Below, piece after piece: positions 31,001-64,000 of a stretch of DNA of 64,000 bases (the first letter of the stretch is position 1; each line of letters opens with the position of its first letter). Location: assembly GCA_964016885.1 (NCBI GenBank), contig OZ024756.1, positions 27,032,001 through 27,096,000 of the forward strand, in the 5' to 3' direction. The DNA comes from Eledone cirrhosa. Taxonomy: Eukaryota. The notes under the pieces were generated by a model, which saw only the letters and a program-made list of their open reading frames with translations, was not told the origin of the DNA and did no database searches. Made by a program: the position numbers and the translations under genes.

Positions 31001-34000
31001 TGTACCCATGGGAGGTCGGGTACTCTGTATTACTGCGTGACGCCAGAGGTCACGGTCATGTGTCATCGCCTTGGAGAGGTGTAATTGGGTAAGGTCGGCT
31101 TTTATCACCTCATCCCACGTCTTCTTGGGTCTCCCCACTCCGCGTTAAAAATCTGTAATTTTATTTACTTCCCCAGGGTTTGGCTTTCCGGAAGAATACC
31201 CACCAGTTGTTTAGCTGTTCTCAAGACCGTTCTGTTAAAGTGTGGGATTTAGACCAGATGTCCTATGTCGAAACACTGTAAGTTGAGTCAACTTCCTGAT
31301 TATGAAATTCTTCTTAATTCACTTATTCATAAACCTCTTCTCTTCCACCCACAAGTCTTCTCAGAGGATCTGAAAAATAAATGCTTATGCTCACTGCCCT
31401 TATTAACCCTTTAGCATTTGCATTACTCTATATTTACTATTATATTTCCACAGATGGCGGTGGATTGGCAGTATCGGTAGAGGGTCGGGCGCCATGCTTT
31501 GACGCATAGAGTTGCGGCCCTTGCCATTCTGAGTTCAAATCCCGCCGAGGTTAACTTTGTCTTTCATCCTTATGGGGTCGATAAAATAAAGTACCAGTAA
31601 TACACTGGGTAATTGCTGGCCTTGTGCCAAAAAGGTAGAAACAATTATATTTCCACAGTAAAAGCTTTACCTCACATAATATCAAATCTATGAGATTTTG
31701 ATATTTATTTTGAGAACAATACCTTAATGTCGGTATGAGTAGCCAGTTACAGCCGGTTTGAACAGAAAGAGGTGAGAGAATTCTGGCCAGATACAGCCGG
31801 TTTAAATGCTAAAGGGTTAAGCTGTAAAAACTAAATAAATAAAAAATGAAAATTATCCATGCTAGCATAGAAACATGGATTAGTAAAGACATGTAAAGTG
31901 TGAGTAGAGAGAAATGTCTGGTTAACTGACAGGGAACATATATACTGACATCAAACCTTTACAATAGGGAACATAGATGTGACAGATACACTGATGTCTT
32001 TACCATAGGGAACATATAGATGTGACATCTTTCACTTTCCTGACGTATGTACATTATTCTGAAACAATTATTCTATATACTATACATGCACCTTTGATGA
32101 GTTGTAGTGCACCTGAGAACTGTACACAATAATTTTCATTATTATATTATATCTTTACCATAGGGAACATATAGATGTGACATAAACACTGATGTCTTTA
32201 CCATATGTAACATATATTTTAGTCACCTCTTACAATATGCAGGAATACGGGGTACACAGTATGTTGGATAAATAGCCATGATTTTTCAGCCTGGATTTCT
32301 TTGTAGACTATATCCATGAGAGGGAGAGTAATTCTAAGTTTGGTAACTTTCAGTACAATGACCATTTTCTTGTTCAGTTAACCTTCTGGGCACTGTCGGC
32401 GACATAAGTCACCGATTGAGTAATAATACATAATAGTGTCAAGGGAAGCAATTTAAAAAAGGTTTCAGCATCTTAAAGGTTAATCTGAAGATATGCGACC
32501 CCACTTTCTTTGACCACTTCATCATTTTCTCTCTTCTGCTTGTTTTGTCTTAAATTCTGATTATTTTCAAATTCTTTAAATTTTTCAGTTTTGGTCACCA
32601 GGACACAATAACTGGTATCGACTGCCTGACCAGAGAGAGGGCTTTGACCTCTGGAGGTCGAGATGGTTCCGTTCGTATCTGGAAGATTCTTGAAGAATCT
32701 CAGTTAGTCTTCAATGGTCACAAGTAGGTTAATCACTCCATTTATTTATTACTTGTTATTATTGTCTTTCTTCATTTAGACAGAGTTACGGCCCTGTATG
32801 TTCTGAGTTCAAATCACACTACTTTGTCTTTCATCCTTACAGGGTTGATAAAATAAAGTACCAGTAATGCACTAGGGTTTATTTAATCGACTTTCCTCTC
32901 CCACCAATTTCTTGGCCCCTTAGCATTTACATTACTCTATATATACTATTGTAGTTTCATGGTAAAGGCTTTATCCAACATAATTATCTCACATATTCAA
33001 TCTGAGATTTTGATATAAATTGGCAGAATCAGTAGAGGGTCGGACATGCTTTCCAGCATAGTTACGTCCCTTTACGACCTGAGTTCAAATCCGGCCAAGG
33101 TTAACTTTGCTTTTCATCTTTACAGGGTTGATAAAATAAAGTACCAGTAATGTACTGGTTAATTACTGGCCTTGTGCCAAAAATAGAAACAATTATTTAT
33201 TTTGGCGGTGGATTGGCAGTATCGGTAGAGGGTCGGACGCCATGCTTTGCAGCATAGAGTTACGGCCCTTTATGGTCTGAGTTCAAATCCTGCTGAGGTT
33301 AACTTTGTCTTTCATCCTTATGGGGTCGATAAAATAAAGTACCAGTAATACACTGGGATAATTGCTGGCCTTGTGCCAAAAGTAGATACAATTATTTATT
33401 TTGAGAACAATACCTTAACATCACTATGAGTGGCCAGTTACAGCTGGTTTGACCAGAAAGAGGTGAAAGAATTCTGGCTGGATACAGCCGGTTTAAATGC
33501 TAAATGATTAACCCTTTAATGTTCAAACCGGCCAGAATTCTCTACCTCTTTCTGTTGAAACTGGCTGTAACTGGTCACTCAAACTGATGTTAAGGTATTG
33601 TTCTCAAAATAAATACTTTCAAAATCTCATAGATTCGATATTATGTGAAGTAAAGCCTTTACCATGAAAATATAATGGTATATATAGAGTAATGTGAATG
33701 TTATGTGAGGTAAAGCCTTTACCATGAAAATATAATGGTATATATAGAGTAATGTGAATATTATGTGAGATAAAGCCTTTACCATGAAAATATAATGGTA
33801 TTTATAGAGTAATGTGAATGCTAAAGGTTTAAATCAGAACTCTCTGCCAATGCTGCCAATCCACTGATTAATAATCTCATGTCTTTCTGTTTATAGAGGC
33901 TCAATTGATTGTATTTCTCTAATCAACGACTCATGTTTTATATCAGGAGGAGATGATAAGTATGACATTTTATTAATTTCTTTCACATTTACTTAGTTTT

Positions 34001-35071
34001 ATTCTTGTTCTGCTTTCTTTCTTTCTTTCTGGGCTTTCTTTCTGCCCCCTTTCTTCTCTTTTTTCTTTCTTCCGTCAACTAATTCCAATGTTTATTATAT
34101 CTTTACCCGTGGACATATAAATTTCTGCAATTCTATCACAACACATAAAGAGAGAGGAGTCGTTTGACTACCTCATACTACTCCTTTCTTTTTATGTCTG
34201 CTGCCTGCGGGAATGTATGTGTGTCTAAAAGGAAGGAAGGAGGTGAAACATCTACGATGTGTGTGGGAGTGTATGTGTGTATGAATGTATGTATGTATGT
34301 GTGTGTAAATGTATATCTGAGAGTATATTTTTGTGTGTCTCTGCGCATTTATATTTATATACTCATACCTATAAATGAATGCATATGCACACACATACAC
34401 ATACACTGTAGGCGTATATACTACTCCTTTCTTTTTATGTCTACTGCCTGCGGGAATGTATGTATGTCTAAAAGGAAGGAAGGAAGGAGGTGAAATATCT
34501 ACGATGTGTGTGGGAGTGTATGTGTGTATGAATGTATGTATGTGTGTGTGTAAATGTATATCTGAGAGTATATTTTTGTGTGTCTCTGCGCATTTATATT
34601 TATATACTCATACCTATAAATGAATGCATATGCACATACACACACATACACATACACTGTAGGCGTATGGGAAAAAATTCTAATAACTTGAATTTCTAAT
34701 GTGGTGCAGTTATAGTGTTGTTTTGTACTTTTCAAGAATATCTTGCTAATGCTGTTTCACGTGGTGCAGGACAATAAGGGTTAAACCATGTGGCATAGTG
34801 AATCTAATCTACCACTCTTGTTTCACGGATTGCTGTTCACATTTAACTTGCTTCACCTTTCTCTCCTCAGTTGCCTCTGCTTGTGGAATGTGGGGAAGAA
34901 GAAACCAATAGCAGTCACAGTAAAGGCCCATGCTGGAGCAAAGGACACTGCGAATACAGTGTCTGGTGATAACTGGATATCTTCTGTTGCAGCTATGCAG
35001 CATACCGACTTAGTTGCATCAGGTTAGTGCTCACAAAGTCAGTCAATTTCTGTTTTTCTCTGTCTCTCCTC

Positions 35072-35108
<37 letters not shown>

Positions 35109-36370
35109 GTGTTTGTAGAGAGAACCCTTTTCTTGTCAGCAGAAGTAGTAGCTCCTTAAACTTTTACACTCTTGTAGTTGCTTCTTTCTGGTGCATTACC
35201 TTTTCCCTTGTAACAATTAATGATTATATTTACTAATATATTAGCACCCAGCCCACACTGTAAAGTGGTTATGTATGTGTCACAACAAAAAGTACCCAGC
35301 CCACACTGTAAAGTGCTCATGATGGCGACACAAAAGGCACCCTGTCCACACTGTAAATTGGTTGTGTAGGCGTCACGACAAAAAGCACCCAGTACTCACG
35401 GAAATGTGGTTGGCATTAGGAAGGGCATTCAGCCATAGAAATCAAGCTGAAATCAGTTCTGCGTGAGTGAATCACAGTCCCTCGACCTGATCTCTCACAA
35501 AGGGACAGCCCATCCTACCCAAGCTAGCTTGGAAGATAGACATTAAACGATGATGATGATGATAAACGATCACACCCGAACATGCAGAAAACTATCTCAT
35601 GTCAACAGTTATGTCTTTAACAAAACTTTGTTTAAACTCCAAACTTATTTTATTCTCTTGTTTTAACAGGTTCCAAAGATGGCTTTCTTCGTTTCTGGAA
35701 ATGTAGTCAAGGCTTTAAGGCCCTGAAATCCTTGTTCTCTGTTCAAATTGTAAGTTCTAAACATATTCTTTTCCTTTCCTGTTGGTTTATCACAAATATT
35801 TTTTAAATAATTGGAGTAATTTGATGTGAAGCAATTAGTATTTGCTTCTTATGTGAGATAACCCTTTCGTGACTAGATTTCTAATGAAATACACTCTATT
35901 TTACTTAATTAATGAAGAATTTATAGGGATTTACTAAAATTATTAATTATTTCATTACTAAGATAGTAACTTAATGTAAGGTTCTTATGCTGGAAACCTT
36001 TAATATGGGTGGTTTTGGCTAGGTTGGATACCTTTAGCATTTAAAGTGGTCATATCAAGTTTTGACTCTAAGTTCTTTTTCTTAAGCCAGAATTTCTTTT
36101 CTAGATCTTTCACTGATTTGGCTATAAGAACCAGGTCGCCAGCATACAGTGATTTTCAATAAAAAATATAACAGAAACGTTATATATATGTATGCGTGTA
36201 TTCATTTTTTCTTTTTCAAATTTCAGGCAGGATTCATCAATTCTATCCAATTTTCCAAAGACAGTTCATTTGTAGCAGCTGGTGTTGGTCAGGAACATAA
36301 ATCTGGTAGATGGTGGCGGATAAAAGAAGCAAAGAATGTTGTTTGTTTAATAAAACTACGAACGTCTTAG
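22000..36370 (+). CDS. RRP9: U3 small nucleolar RNA-interacting protein 2 (RRP9/U3-55K), WD40; complete, 14 exons, 462 aa
   Basis: 14 GT-AG exons total 1389 nt in frame. Diagnostic motifs: MSSFFIR, ETAQEKKIRLAKKYL, LKGHKLPITC, FKGHRDAITGLAFR, YVETLFGHQD, IWKILEESQLVF, VGQEHKSGRWW. Confidence 0.95.
24140..24189 (+). CDS. RRP9: RRP9 exon 2
   Basis: ttcag acceptor, EVTGKDNKQEEEIESD, gtgag donor. Confidence 0.85.
25648..25790 (+). CDS. RRP9: RRP9 exon 3
   Basis: DVEYEK...ETAQEKKIRLAKKYLAEL...ASD, gtaaat donor. Confidence 0.92.
26288..26331 (+). CDS. RRP9: RRP9 exon 4
   Basis: DKRDAIGDRLKHDF, gtaagt donor. Confidence 0.9.
26355..26670. repeat. 48-bp minisatellite, ~6.5 units
   Basis: ATGATAAAATACACCC...CACTCTGTAAAGTGGTAGTGCTGGTGTC. 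Confidence 0.92.
26909..26950 (+). CDS. RRP9: RRP9 exon 5
   Basis: LEQSGKLNKEIADT, gtatgt donor. Confidence 0.9.
27050..27650. repeat. degenerate ~30-bp tandem repeat
   Basis: CTAGATATACCATACCTCTCTCTAACACACCA-like units. Confidence 0.75.
27749..27875 (+). CDS. RRP9: RRP9 exon 6
   Basis: YLTPESS...LKGHKLPITC...SASKDCSIIK (WD repeat). Confidence 0.93.
28320..28444 (+). CDS. RRP9: RRP9 exon 7
   Basis: WSVAKC...GHTTHVLALAISSDGEFL, gtaagt donor. Confidence 0.93.
28536..28830 (+). mobile_element. SINE family A copy in RRP9 intron 7
   Basis: Same head and tail, with an internal deletion. Confidence 0.85.
29095..29270 (-). mobile_element. RTE-type LINE 3' end
   Basis: GRPQKTWAEVVRADL...WRDTV, followed by the tail shared with SINE A. 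Confidence 0.75.
29444..29536 (+). CDS. RRP9: RRP9 exon 8
   Basis: VSGDKSKLIHIW...FKGHRDAIT. Confidence 0.93.
29958..30350. repeat. ~48-bp degenerate minisatellite from the RTE/SINE tail (also 15720-15995)
   Basis: ACCACCTTACAGGGTG..CTGGGTG.TTTTTGTC..GTCACCAACA units. Confidence 0.85.
31177..31277 (+). CDS. RRP9: RRP9 exon 9
   Basis: GLAFRKNTHQLFSCSQDRSVKVWDLDQMSYVET. Confidence 0.93.
31403..31820. mobile_element. piggyBac-type MITE (TTAA TSD, CCCTTTAG termini) with nested SINE B
   Basis: TTAA-CCCTTTAGC...GCTAAAGGG-TTAA. Other copies at ~4035-4261, 29602-29820, 32917-33832, 42051-42650, 51011-51238, 52949-53238. Confidence 0.82.
32589..32723 (+). CDS. RRP9: RRP9 exon 10
   Basis: FGHQDTITGIDCLTRER...IWKILEESQLVFNGH. 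Confidence 0.93.
33897..33959 (+). CDS. RRP9: RRP9 exon 11
   Basis: GSIDCISLINDSCFISGGDD. Confidence 0.92.
34163..34668. repeat. ~245-bp tandem duplication
   Basis: TACTACTCCTTTCTTTTTATGTCT.CTGCCTGCGGGAATG...CTGTAGGCGTAT occurs twice. Confidence 0.88.
34871..35022 (+). CDS. RRP9: RRP9 exon 12
   Basis: CLCLWNVGKKKP...NWISSVAAMQHTDLVAS. Confidence 0.93.
35670..35749 (+). CDS. RRP9: RRP9 exon 13
   Basis: GSKDGFLRFWKCSQGFKALKSLFSVQI. Confidence 0.92.
36227..36370 (+). CDS. RRP9: RRP9 exon 14 (stop)
   Basis: AGFINSIQFS...VGQEHKSGRWWRIKEAKN...RTS then TAG. Confidence 0.93.
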   Translation, partial: AGFINSIQFSKDSSFVAAGVGQEHKSGRWWRIKEAKNVVCLIKLRTS

Positions 36371-36435
36371 TGTTGAAGCTGCTTAGTCAAATTTGTAAAT
36401 ATATTTTGTGTTTTTCATACAAAATTGAATCTTCA

Positions 36436-36466
36436 AATAAAAGTTGTACAAACAAAAAGGAATAAA
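36436..36466 (+). terminator. candidate RRP9 polyadenylation signals
   Basis: AATAAA at 36436 and 36461, followed by a T/GT-rich stretch. Confidence 0.55.
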
Positions 36467-37737
36467 AAAGCTATTTTTAATTTTGAGTTTTGAGTTATTT
36501 CTTCCACACAGTATATCTTGGGTATTTTAAACCTGGTTGAGCCCTTCTTTTCTCCAGGTCTGAACACAGTTGCTTTCTTTCAGAGAAAGTGATACAGAGG
36601 AAGAATCAATCCCAGTACTGAATTAGTATGTTTTTATCTTTTAACAACTTTGTAAGGATGAAAGGAAAAGCTAACCTCAGCAGGATTGGAACTCAGACTA
36701 CAGAGAGCTGGAACAAATACTGCAAAGCAATCTCCGATGTTCTAATGACTCTGCCAATCTACCAATCACCTTTGTGACGATAATGTTGATGATGACAATA
36801 ATAAACATAATGATCAAAATAATAATAATAATGTTGCCATTGTAGAGGTTAATAAAATGGTGTTTTATTGACATGTTATTGGGTTAATTTTTATTTTTAA
36901 TTCTTATTTTATTTATTTGACAATTTTAAAAAATAAAATAAAATATTTCAACATAGGCACAAAGTTAACAGTATTTTTTTCACTTTTTTTTTTATTCATT
37001 TTGAGGGCAGAGTGTTGGATATAGTCAATTGAATATGACCCCAGTAATTACTTGACTGCTACTTTTAGTGAAAGCCCACATCCAACCCCTGAGAATTTAA
37101 AGTCAACCTTGGTTGTATTTGAAATAAATCAGGACGTGAAGAAGTCGAGATGTAATTGAATACCGCAAGGTACCACCAAATACGGTGACATTTTTTCAAA
37201 CATCTCAGCTATCAACCGTACTAAAAATAGATCAATATTATATAACAATTATATAATATAACAATGATATAAAATAATATAAAATAAAAGCATAAAATTA
37301 ACAAAATAAAAACAAACAAAATAAACATAACTTTTTGTTTTGTTGTTTATAAAAATGTTCAGTTCTCTTTTTTTGCAGCATCATCAAATTAGAGAATCAA
37401 TATATTTGATTCTTTGATTCTTCAATGTTTTCAATCGAATATGTGTTTTGATCATTTTTTTAACTTATCACCATTGTACGTTAAAATGCGGCTTTGCCAG
37501 CATTTTAGTGTCAGTTTCATAATTTGAGGAGAAAAGTGCGCGGAGATGTGAAAACTGATCAGCACGGGCTAATACATGTATGTATATGTCTATATATCTC
37601 TGTGTGCATGTGTATATATATATATGAATATATATAATATATATATGTGTGCATATATATATAGATAGAGAAATGTATATCATCATTTTACGCCTGCTTT
37701 TCCCTGCTAGCAAGACAAATGTGTATATATATCTACT

Positions 37738-37770
<33 letters not shown>

Positions 37771-38133
37771 GGTATGTGTGTATATATATTTATGGATGTG
37801 AGTGTTTATATAAATAAATATAATATATGCATGTATATATACATATATTTCTGGCTGTGTGTGTATGCATATGTATAGAGAAAAAGCAACAATATAAACT
37901 AATGGCTACCTATAACTTAAAAATTACTATTATTATTATTGTTCTTCTTAGTAGTAGTAGTAATAGTAGTACTAGTTAGTATTTCAATAATTATATAGTT
38001 AATGTGCGGTTTTTAGTGCACAGAAGACTTTATACGGTATATTTTGTGGTTTTCCTGTATTGACAATTTACTGCATGTAATATTGCTACAAACTTATATA
38101 TTTCCAAGGTAACATGTATATAATATACATATA

Positions 38134-38166
<33 letters not shown>

Positions 38167-38181
38167 TGTTGAATAGGAAAC

Positions 38182-38259
38182 ACAAATTTAAATAATTTTG
38201 AAAACCATACAATGCACTTTCTAATGCATTGTATGGTTTTCAAAATTATTTAAATTTGT
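38182..38259. repeat. 35-bp-arm perfect hairpin
   Basis: ACAAATTTAAATAATTTTGAAAACCATACAATGCA, 8-nt loop, then the reverse complement. Confidence 0.9.
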
Positions 38260-38955
38260 ATTATATAGTATATTATATATTATTATATACTCCAGTATAT
38301 ATATATAGTACGTATATTATTTTATACATATTTTATGTATATTTTATTATATATATCTATAATATATACAATATAATATATATATCATAAATATATACAA
38401 TGTAATATATATGTATCAAATATATCTTATATATATATATAACAATATATATATAATATATAATTTAAATACATATAATATATATGGTATAAATACATAT
38501 AATATATACTCTATAAAGAAGATGAAAGGGAGATATTAGACAAATATATGGATGTGATATTACTATATAAAGACCAGTAAGACCAATGCCTCACCTAATA
38601 CTTTGTATTCAAGAAATGTAGAATGTAGATATTCTAATGCGTTATTTTGCCTTAATGTAAAACATCTATGGTTCCAATAGTAAATGTATTTGCTTTTGAA
38701 AATTGTTAGGTTAACTCTAGACTAAAAGATTCTTATATATATATATTTTCTTTCCTTTACCTTTTCTATGGATATATATATATATATATAAATAGATTTT
38801 GAGTATATGTTGGATGTATATCAACACCTCAGAATGCAGGCTGATTCCAGTTCCTCAGTGAAATAACAACCCAACCAGGAACTGGGCATATCAGAGTATT
38901 GACAAGATTATACACCTCAACAACATATGTACTTGTCTATACCATACTAATTCAA

Positions 38956-38991
38956 ACTGCCTGAAGAGGTCACTGAAATATATATAGCAGT
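38956..38991 (+). ncRNA. minimal type I hammerhead ribozyme (Penelope-like-element type)
   Basis: ACTGC-CTGAAGA-GGTCACT-GAAA-TATATA-TA-GCAGT: 5-bp stem I, intact core, small stem II, palindromic stem III, AUA cleavage triplet. Confidence 0.7.
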
Positions 38992-39255
38992 AATAAACGA
39001 AGCTAAATTTTAAACATTTGACTTTTTATTTAACTTTATTTTATATATATAAATATATATATATTAAGACACATACACATATGTATATATTCACGCACAT
39101 ATATATATGTATATATATATGAAAATGTTTGACCCCGACGGCAGAGCTCAAGTAATTTCGATGGCTATTTCTGGACTCTGGGGTCAAATATTTTCCTATT
39201 ACCCTCTCTACTACCCTAAGTATTGAGTACTCTAGTGTGTTATGGTCCATCCTTC

Positions 39256-39295
<40 letters not shown>

Positions 39296-39351
39296 CAGAC
39301 ATACACACATATATATATTCACACACATACACATACACATATATTGACATA

Positions 39352-39906
39352 CATGAACCCCTATCTTGCTCAGAACATTGACCTCCTGGAAACTGTTCAG
39401 AGACGTGCAACCAAGCGCATACCCTCCATCAGACACCTACCATACTCTGAATGCCTTGCTTCCCTGGGCATGGATTCATTGAAGCTCCGACGTCTGGCAA
39501 TGGACTTGGTGAATACCGACAAAGTTATTAACCATCTCGCCAATTGCAACCCTGAGCACCTTTTTGATCTCCATGTGTCTAACACACGTGGACATGCCTA
39601 CAAGATCAGAAAACAGCACAGCTCCCATGACTTTCATAAACATTTTTTCACGCTCAGAGTTACTGAAGCATGGAACAAACTGCCTGCGTCAGTTGATAGC
39701 TGCCGAGACACTGCATCCTTTAAAACACTGATGCTTCCCGAAATACGCCAAAACTACACCTGATGTACCCCTTCCATACACATGCACACATGTGTATATC
39801 ATGACTCGTGCACTGTTCATTTTCCTGATGTTTGTACATTATCCTATGTACTATACATACACTTTTTGATGAGTTGTAGTGCACTGAGCACTGTACACAA
39901 TATTTC

Positions 39907-39930
<24 letters not shown>
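39352..39930 (+). mobile_element. CR1-type LINE 3' fragment
   Basis: LETVQRRATKRI...YSECLASLGMDSL..RR...TRGHAYKI...FFTLRV..WNKLP; 3' UTR with (ATT)n tail. Confidence 0.85.
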
Positions 39931-39939
<9 letters not shown>

Positions 39940-39981
39940 TAAACTTATATATATACATATACATACACACATAGATATATA

Positions 39982-40013
<32 letters not shown>

Positions 40014-40280
40014 CTCGGACCGGGGGATGCATTATGTCCTTCTATCTGGAGTTGCGACCAATAGATAATATTAGCAATTGGAAGGACCAATGGAAACATT
40101 GTTTCCTCGGTCCGATTTGACAAATGTCGATAGTTCCTTATATATACATACACATACATATATATATATATATATACACATATACATATATATATACATA
40201 TTTATATATATAAACATATATAGACATGTTTATATATATATATATATATATTTATATTTATAAACATATATATATAAATG

Positions 40281-40317
<37 letters not shown>

Positions 40318-40530
40318 TTATAAACATATATATAAATATATATATATATACATATATATATATATTTATAAACATATATATATATATATATATATTTATA
40401 AACATATATATATATTTATAAACATATATATATAAATGTATATATATATATATATATAAATGTATATATATATATATATATATTTATAAACATATATATA
40501 TAAATGTATATAAAACATATATATGTATAA

Positions 40531-40561
<31 letters not shown>

Positions 40562-40624
40562 CATACATATATATATATAGACACATATATACACACACAC
40601 ACACACGTGTGTATATATATGTAT

Positions 40625-40668
<44 letters not shown>

Positions 40669-40716
40669 TATTTGTGTGTGGGGAAGATAAACATAGTGAA
40701 TGTGTTTGAGATTTAT

Positions 40717-63074
<22,358 letters not shown>

Positions 63075-63361
63075 CTAGAGTAAGATGTGAGAGTAAAGAA
63101 AAAAGATGAAGAAAAAAATAAAAGTGAAAATAGAGAAGGGAAATGAAAGGAAAATGAAAAAGAAACGAAAAGAAAAAAGAAGGAAAAAGAAGTTGTGGGG
63201 GTTATATTAAATTCTGAAGTGCATAATGAATATAATGAAAATATTGGCAGAGTCGTTAGAAAGTTTGATTGAATGCTTTACAATAAAATGAGTTTAAATC
63301 CCACTGAGGTCAACTTTGCCTTTCATCCATTCAAGTTCAATAAAATAATTCTTTGAGTTCT

Positions 63362-63697
63362 TTGAACCCCTTTGGTCACAAATGACCATGGGATTTGCAC
63401 CTAGAAAGTTTCCCCTCCGAGGCACAAGTCCGGGCAAGGTTGTTTGTGGTAGGCCAGCAGTCACCCATGTATATCTGTTTCCCTTCTCTACACCATTAAT
63501 GTTGTCCAAGGGAAAGGCTATGGCCGATGCAGCTTGGCACCAGTGACGTCGCAACTCATTTCTACAGCTGAGTAAACTGGAGCAACGTGAAATAAAGTGT
63601 CTTGCTCAGGGACACAACGCATCATCCGGTCCGAGAATCCAACTCACAACCTTCCGATTGCAAGCCCAATGCTCTAACCACTAAGCCATGTGCCTTC
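63362..63697 (-). mobile_element. SINE with family A-like head and a different 3' body
   Basis: Head matches family A; body ...CGTCACTGGTGCCAAGCTG...GGGGTTCAAA. Confidence 0.7.
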
Positions 63698-63823
63698 AAA
63701 AATAATTACCAGTCTAGTGTTGAGGTCGACTTTTCTTTTATATCTCTTTCTCACTCTGTATCCTTCTCTGGAAGAAATTTGCTGTATTCAGACTCAGAGA
63801 AGAGATGGGAACCACCAGATTTT

Positions 63824-64000
63824 AAAATGGCCCAGAAAGCTGTATCTCAATGCGGCACCCCTTCGGCATTGCAAGAGTTATGATGCTTATCTGTCTTTGA
63901 AAAGAGATATCAAACCACAAATGGCCCAGAAAGCTGTATCTCAATGCGGCACCCCTTCGGCATTGCAAGAGTTATGATGCTTATCTGTCTTTGAAAAGAG
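63824..64000. repeat. 95-bp tandem repeat running off the window end
   Basis: AAATGGCCCAGAAAGCTGTATCTCAATGCGGCACCCC...TTGAAAAGAG occurs twice. Confidence 0.85.

Overview
AT-rich, microsatellite-dense animal genomic DNA. The repeat families suggest an octopod cephalopod (inference). Most of the ORF track is (TA)/(TG)/(CAC) microsatellite noise. Three intron-containing genes can be spliced by hand with GT-AG sites and consistent phases. (1) A small 12-Cys, probably secreted and GPI-anchored protein on + (4 exons, 5518-9172; first exon not located). (2) A complete 14-exon RRP9/U3-55K WD40 gene on + (22000-36370, 462 aa). (3) The 3' 15 exons of a divergent IP3-receptor-like Ca2+-release channel on - (63074 to 40717), with a non-canonical pore (YGLIGD, no GGG) and a ~400-aa polyP/polyQ disordered tail. 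The rest is tRNA-derived SINEs, TTAA piggyBac-type and TA Tc1/mariner/pogo-type MITEs, RTE/CR1/CRE LINE fragments and minisatellites. The most notable non-coding signals are two intact minimal hammerhead ribozymes in (TA)n-flanked modules (one sense within a channel intron), several long fold-back palindromes (including a 197-bp-arm hairpin just after the stop of gene 1), an RTE-type LINE with a twin-priming-type 5' inversion, and a 17-copy array of decoy splice acceptors in front of the TM6 exon.
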